From assembly GCA_963822945.1 (NCBI GenBank), contig CAWGJO010000017.1, positions 12,902-76,901 of the forward strand: DNA of 64,000 bases, read 5' to 3'. This document shows positions 58,181 to 64,000 of this stretch, piece by piece (the first letter of the stretch is position 1; each line of letters begins with the position of its first letter). The stretch comes from an uncultured Gemmatimonadaceae bacterium. Its GTDB lineage: Bacteria; Gemmatimonadota; Gemmatimonadetes; Gemmatimonadales; Gemmatimonadaceae. The position numbers and the translations under genes are program-made. The notes below the pieces were generated by a model. The model saw nothing but the letters and a program-made list of their open reading frames with translations, did not search any database and was not told the origin of the DNA.

Positions 58181-58917
58181 TTCGTCCCTCCCGTCTTCGT
58201 GGAGTCCGTCGGCACGGGGACCACGGCATGCTGCGCCGAATCGAGCGGCACGCCGGCCTGGGATCCGATTTCCTTATAGTAGGGCGCGGGCCGGGTCGGG
58301 CCCATCTGCGTCACGCCGGGAAGGGTCGTGCCGGTCTCGCCCGGTTTGCCCACCGGGCCGGTGGGAACGGTGACGCCCGGGAACTTGCCCTGCAGGGCGC
58401 GGATGTAGTTCACGATGTCCCAGCGGTCGGGTTCTTCGATGCGGTTGTAGGTCGGCATCGCGCCGCGCCCGTTCCGGATCATCCCGAAGATGTATCCGTC
58501 GGTGAACGCCTTGGCACGGTCCGACGTGAGCGGCAGCCCGATCATCCCGTACTTGGTGGCCACACCGTTGCCCGCGCCAGTGTAGCCGTGGCACACCGAG
58601 CAGTTGATGGCGAAGTACTTGTGTCCGTTCTCGAGCGACCGCGCGTCGGGCGGGATCGGATTCTTGAGCACCGACATCGAGTCGATCGTCCCCGGCAGCT
58701 GGGCGCGGCTGTAGATGAAGCCCGGGGCGACCGATCCGAACACCGAGACCGAATTCTGCGGGTTCCCCCGCGCCGGAATCGTGTCGGCCTCGCTCTGCCA
58801 CGGGTGCCAGCTCGGCTGCCGCTTGAAGTCGGTGAACCAGGAGCAGCCGCTCACCATCGCGGCGACGTAGGCGAAGGCCGCGACGCGGAGCAGGTTCCGC
58901 CGGAGGCTAACGCTCAC
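58177..58917 (-). CDS. actE: Alternative complex III subunit ActE, monoheme cytochrome c lipoprotein
   Basis: Lipobox VSGC; CSVCHG; DGYIFGMIRNGRGAMP; RWDIVNYIRALQ. Confidence 0.85.
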   Translation of the reverse strand: MSVSLRRNLLRVAAFAYVAAMVSGCSWFTDFKRQPSWHPWQSEADTIPARGNPQNSVSVFGSVAPGFIYSRAQLPGTIDSMSVLKNPIPPDARSLENGHKYFAINCSVCHGYTGAGNGVATKYGMIGLPLTSDRAKAFTDGYIFGMIRNGRGAMPTYNRIEEPDRWDIVNYIRALQGKFPGVTVPTGPVGKPGETGTTLPGVTQMGPTRPAPYYKEIGSQAGVPLDSAQHAVVPVPTDSTKTGGTK

Positions 58918-59406
58918 TGCGCACCTCCTCGGCACCGTGCTCGCGCATCAGCGCCGCCGCCGCATCGGCCTTGTCGGGCGTCGTCTCCACCCAGACGCCG
59001 AAGTGTCCGCCGCTGAACCGCGGATCGTAGCCCACCGTCGTGGTGAGCCGCGGAATGCGGGAGTTGGCGAACATGCCGAACACCGTCGCGAGCGAACCGA
59101 CCAGCACCATCACCTCGAATCCGAAAATCGTGTAGGGCACCCAGGCCACGATCGCCTTGCCGCCCACGACGAGTGGCCAGTAGCGCGAGACCCAGACCCA
59201 GATCCAGTAGCCGAAGGTACAGCCGAGGATGCCGCCGATGAGCGTCCACCGGCGGACGTGGCTCTCGGGGCGCGCCAACACCTCGTCGAATTCGTGGTGC
59301 GGCGTCGGCGTGTAGACCGTGAGATCGCCGAACCGCGCCTTCTTCAGCGCCTCCACCGCGTGCACGGCGGAGTCGAGTTCGTGAAAGGCCGCGATGACGC
59401 CTGGCA

Positions 59407-59407
<1 letters not shown>
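58907..59407 (-). CDS. actD: Alternative complex III subunit ActD (DUF3341-like)
   Basis: VYTPTP, YWPLVVGGK, FEVMVL, YDPRFSGGHF, HGAEEV. Confidence 0.85.
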
Positions 59408-60816
<1,409 letters not shown>

Positions 60817-60829
60817 TACCGAGCCCTCC

Positions 60830-63800
60830 TCAGCTGTTGGACGCCGTGCCAGGCGTCGGATGGTTGACCTTCTTCAAGTAGACCACCGCGGGGTAGGTGT
60901 TGATTTCCTTGAAAACGGTATAGGCCCGCTTGTCCTCGATGAGCTTGTTCACCGACCAGCGCTCGTCGGCCGCGTCGCCGAAGGTGATGGCCCGCGACGG
61001 GCAACTGGCCGCGCACGCCGTCGTGAACTCGTCCGGAATGAGTTCGCGGTGCTCCAGCGTGGCGCGGTTCTCCGCTTCGCGGATGCGCTGCACGCAGAAC
61101 GTGCACTTCTCCATCACGCCCTTGCCGCGCACGGTGACGTCGGGATTCAGCTGCCAGTTGAGCGGCTCGGGGAAGGCGTACTGCCGGCGGTCCTTCTCGC
61201 CGTAACCGAACCAGTTGAAGTAGCGGACCTTGTACGGACAGTTGTTGGAGCAGTAGCGCGTGCCCACGCACCGGTTGTAGACCTGGATGTTCAGTCCGTC
61301 CGGCGAATGGTAGGTGGCGAACACCGGACAGACCGGCTCGCAGGGCGCGTTGCCGCACTGCTGGCACATCATCGGCACCACGCGGGCCTCCCACTCCTCG
61401 CCGAACTTGGCGTCGGGGTCGCCCTCGAAGTAGCGCTCGATGCGGATCCAGTTCATCTCGCGGCCGCGCACCACGTTGTAGCCGGTCTTCTGCACCGCGT
61501 ACACACTGGCGTTCTGCCAGTGGGCCCCGACGGTGGGAATGTTGTTCTCGGCGTAACAGGCCGTGACGCACGCCGAGCATCCGGTGCAGCGCGCGAGGTC
61601 GACCGTCATCGCCCAGCGGCGCTTGGCCATGCCCAGCGGATTCTTCGGATCGTACAGCCCGAGGTGCGTGCCGGAGTCGGCCGCCGTCGGCGCGCCGATC
61701 TCACCCTGCGCGTCGGCCGCCACCGGCGCCCGCATGCCCGGCAGGTACTCGTGCGACGCGTCGCCCGGCAGCGGCGCCTCGGGCTTCTCCTCGACCTTTC
61801 CACTCAGCAGGTCGGTGATCGTGATCGCCTGCGCGATCCCGCGGCCGTGCTGGCGCGCCGAGCCCTCGGTGGAGGGGATCACCTCGTGATCGCCGGTCTT
61901 CTGGACGGATGCCTTGATGGAGGTCCAGACGAAGCCACCCGCGGCATCGGCCGCTCCCGGCACGATGTCGAACGGGTTCACGCCCACGCCGCGCGCGTAC
62001 CGGCCGTACCCCCACTGAATGGTCTTCGTGGCATCCTGGTGCAGCGGGTCCCAACTCGGCACGGGCGCCGCTGAGCGGTGTCCCTGCCCCAACGCCACGG
62101 CGATCGTGTCGGGCCGAATGCCGAGGTACAGATATGCCGGCGCCTTGATCGAACCGCCGGATGTCCGGACCTCGACGATGTCGCCGCGCTCGATCCCCAT
62201 CTTGGTCGCCGTCTCGGGGTGCATCTCGACCCACGAACTCCAGACGATCTTCGCTACCGGATCGGGGAGTTCCTGCAGCCACGGCTTGTTGGCGCCGCGG
62301 CCGTCGCCGAACAGCGGATGCGGGTACGTGATCAGATAGAAGTCACCCGTGGCCGACTCGAGCGCCGGCGCCTTGGACGAACCCGGCGCCGCCGACCGCA
62401 CGGACCGCACCGGCATGCTCCCGCTGACGATGCCCTTGGGAAGCCCGGCCGCGAACGCCGCCGGTCCGCCGGCAAAGTGCGCCATGACCCACGCGCGATA
62501 GTCCTTCTGCGGGAAGCGCGACGCCACCGCCGGATCCTTCTGCGCCAGCGCCAGCATGACGTCGCCCGCCGCGCGGGTCTCGCGGAACACCGGATCCATG
62601 GCGGGCTGCTGCAGCGACAGCGTGCCCTTGATCGGCTGCGCGTCGCCCCAGTTCTCGAGTGCGTGCAGGTCGGGCAGGATCAGGTCGCACAACTCGACGG
62701 TCTCGTCGGGTTGCGTGGCGAACGCCACCTTGAACGGCACCTTGGCGAACGCCTCGGCGAATCCGACCGACTTGGGCAGGTAGTACGCCGGGTTGGTGCC
62801 GCGGACCATGGCCACGGGCACCGCGCCGCTGCGCATGCGGTCGACCGCGTCGGCCAGCTCCGAGTAGCGCGAGACGCCCTCGAACGCCGTGAGCGGCTGA
62901 TCGGGATGCACCGTCTTGCCGACATTGCCGGCGGCCTTGTTGATCTCGGCCACCGTCATCGCCACGTCGAGGGCGTTGTCGGTGCGGACGCCGGAGAGCA
63001 CGAGGCTCGGCTTGGCGGCGGCGAGGTCCCGGGCCAGCGCGCCGAGCACGTCGGCGTTCACGCCACTCGCGGCGGCGGCCTGCGCGATGCTCGTGCCCCC
63101 GCGCCCGACGGCGCCGAGCAGCGCCTGCGCGATGGCGAGTTCACTGCCCGGCTTGCAGGCGATCCACTGATCGGAGTTGAGCCCCGTGAGCGAGCGCCGC
63201 GGGCCGATGTAGACCACGCGCGGCGCGGTGGCGAAGTTGGTGCGCGCGTCGGCGAAGTCGAGTTGCTGCGGCACCGAGGCGCCCCAGCCGTCGAGGTAGT
63301 CGGCGCCGAACGAGATGACGAGCTGCGCCTCGGCGAAGCTGACGCGCGGCCACGACACGCCGTAGCTCCGGCGGTTGGCCTCGAGCACCGCCTGGTCGGC
63401 CTCGAAGTCCACACTGAGGTGGGGCTTCATGCCGAACGCCGCGAGCCACTGGTCGAGGAACTCGGGGAAGCTGCCGCTCTCGTGCTGATTGAGGAAGACG
63501 GCGTCGCCCGCCGACTGGCGGCTGCGCACCTCGCCGAGCTTCTGGCTGACCATCGTGAGGGCGTCGTTCCAGGCGATGGGCTGCCAGCTGCCGTTCTTCT
63601 TCACCATCGGCGTGCGCAGGCGGTCGGGATTGTAGAGCGCCTGCAGGGCCGACTGTCCGCGGGCGCAGATGGCGCCGCGGCTGAGCGGATGGTCCGGGTT
63701 CCCCTCGAGCTTGATCGTCCGGCCGTCGCGCGTCTCGGCGATCACGCCGCACGCCGCCGCGCACTCGCGGCAGGTCGTCGCGTAGTACGTGGACACGCCG

Positions 63801-63963
63801 GGGACGGTCTCGTCGGCGAGACTAGGTAGGGAATAAGTTTCCCCGCGTTCTCGGGGGTGCAGCCGGCCGCGCCGACCGCGGCGCCCGACACGCCGAGGAT
63901 CTTCAGGAAGTCCCGGCGCTTGACGCCGCTCTTCTTCGACTCGTTCACGTTGGACTTGCTCAT
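60830..63963 (-). CDS. actB: Alternative complex III subunit ActB (molybdopterin-oxidoreductase-like domain fused to Fe-S domain; apparent frameshift near 63815)
   Basis: Tat signal RRDFLK...AAGC in ORF 63742..63963; KLEGNPDHP; Fe-S motifs CTGCSACVTAC, CQQCGNAPCEPVC, CVGTRYCSNNC, CTFC...CAASC. Confidence 0.9.
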
Positions 63964-63965
63964 AA

Positions 63966-64000
63966 TCAGTAGTGACAGACGGAACAGTCGTAACGCGCTT
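63966..64000 (-). CDS. actA: C-terminus of multiheme cytochrome c ActA (partial)
   Basis: Manual translation ...ARYDCSVCHY*: a terminal CxxCH directly upstream of actB. Confidence 0.75.
   Translation of the reverse strand, partial: ARYDCSVCHY

Overview
High-GC, gene-dense bacterial chromosomal window, almost all on the minus strand. The FCB-type insertions in SecA and the overall gene content suggest Gemmatimonadota (inference, not checked by search). The content is mostly housekeeping. It holds radC (partial), secA, nadD and bamD; a nucleotide-sugar block (uxs, ugd, wbpA/B/D/E-like, gmd, rmd) interrupted by carB; the alpha ribosomal operon (rpmJ-rpsM-rpsK-rpsD-rpoA-rplQ-rpmB); pyrF/pyrD/amidase/smpB; tRNA-Leu(CAG); an Rrf2 regulator, aspartase, trxB and a lone 2-oxoacid dehydrogenase E2; an inositol-phosphate synthase plus CDP-alcohol phosphotransferase pair; a plus-strand putative cell-wall-sugar recycling unit; three amino-acid/dicarboxylate transporters; a divergent membrane pyrophosphatase; a tonB-exbB-exbD-exbD unit; two two-component systems; tRNA-Ala(TGC); and most of an alternative complex III operon. 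Five conserved genes (secA, carB, pyrF, trxB, actB) carry single-base frameshifts, most likely sequencing errors. I found no mobile elements or CRISPR arrays. The most unusual signals are: (i) an octamer repeat family (AGGTCGGT) placed just after the stop codons of both rpsD and actF; (ii) a 217-nt rpsD-rpoA spacer with mutually exclusive pairings; (iii) a graded 16-bp tandem array upstream of tRNA-Ala; (iv) an ActB that keeps a complete CX2CX3CX27C motif; and (v) probable inositol-lipid synthesis genes. I cannot show that any of these is undescribed without database searches.
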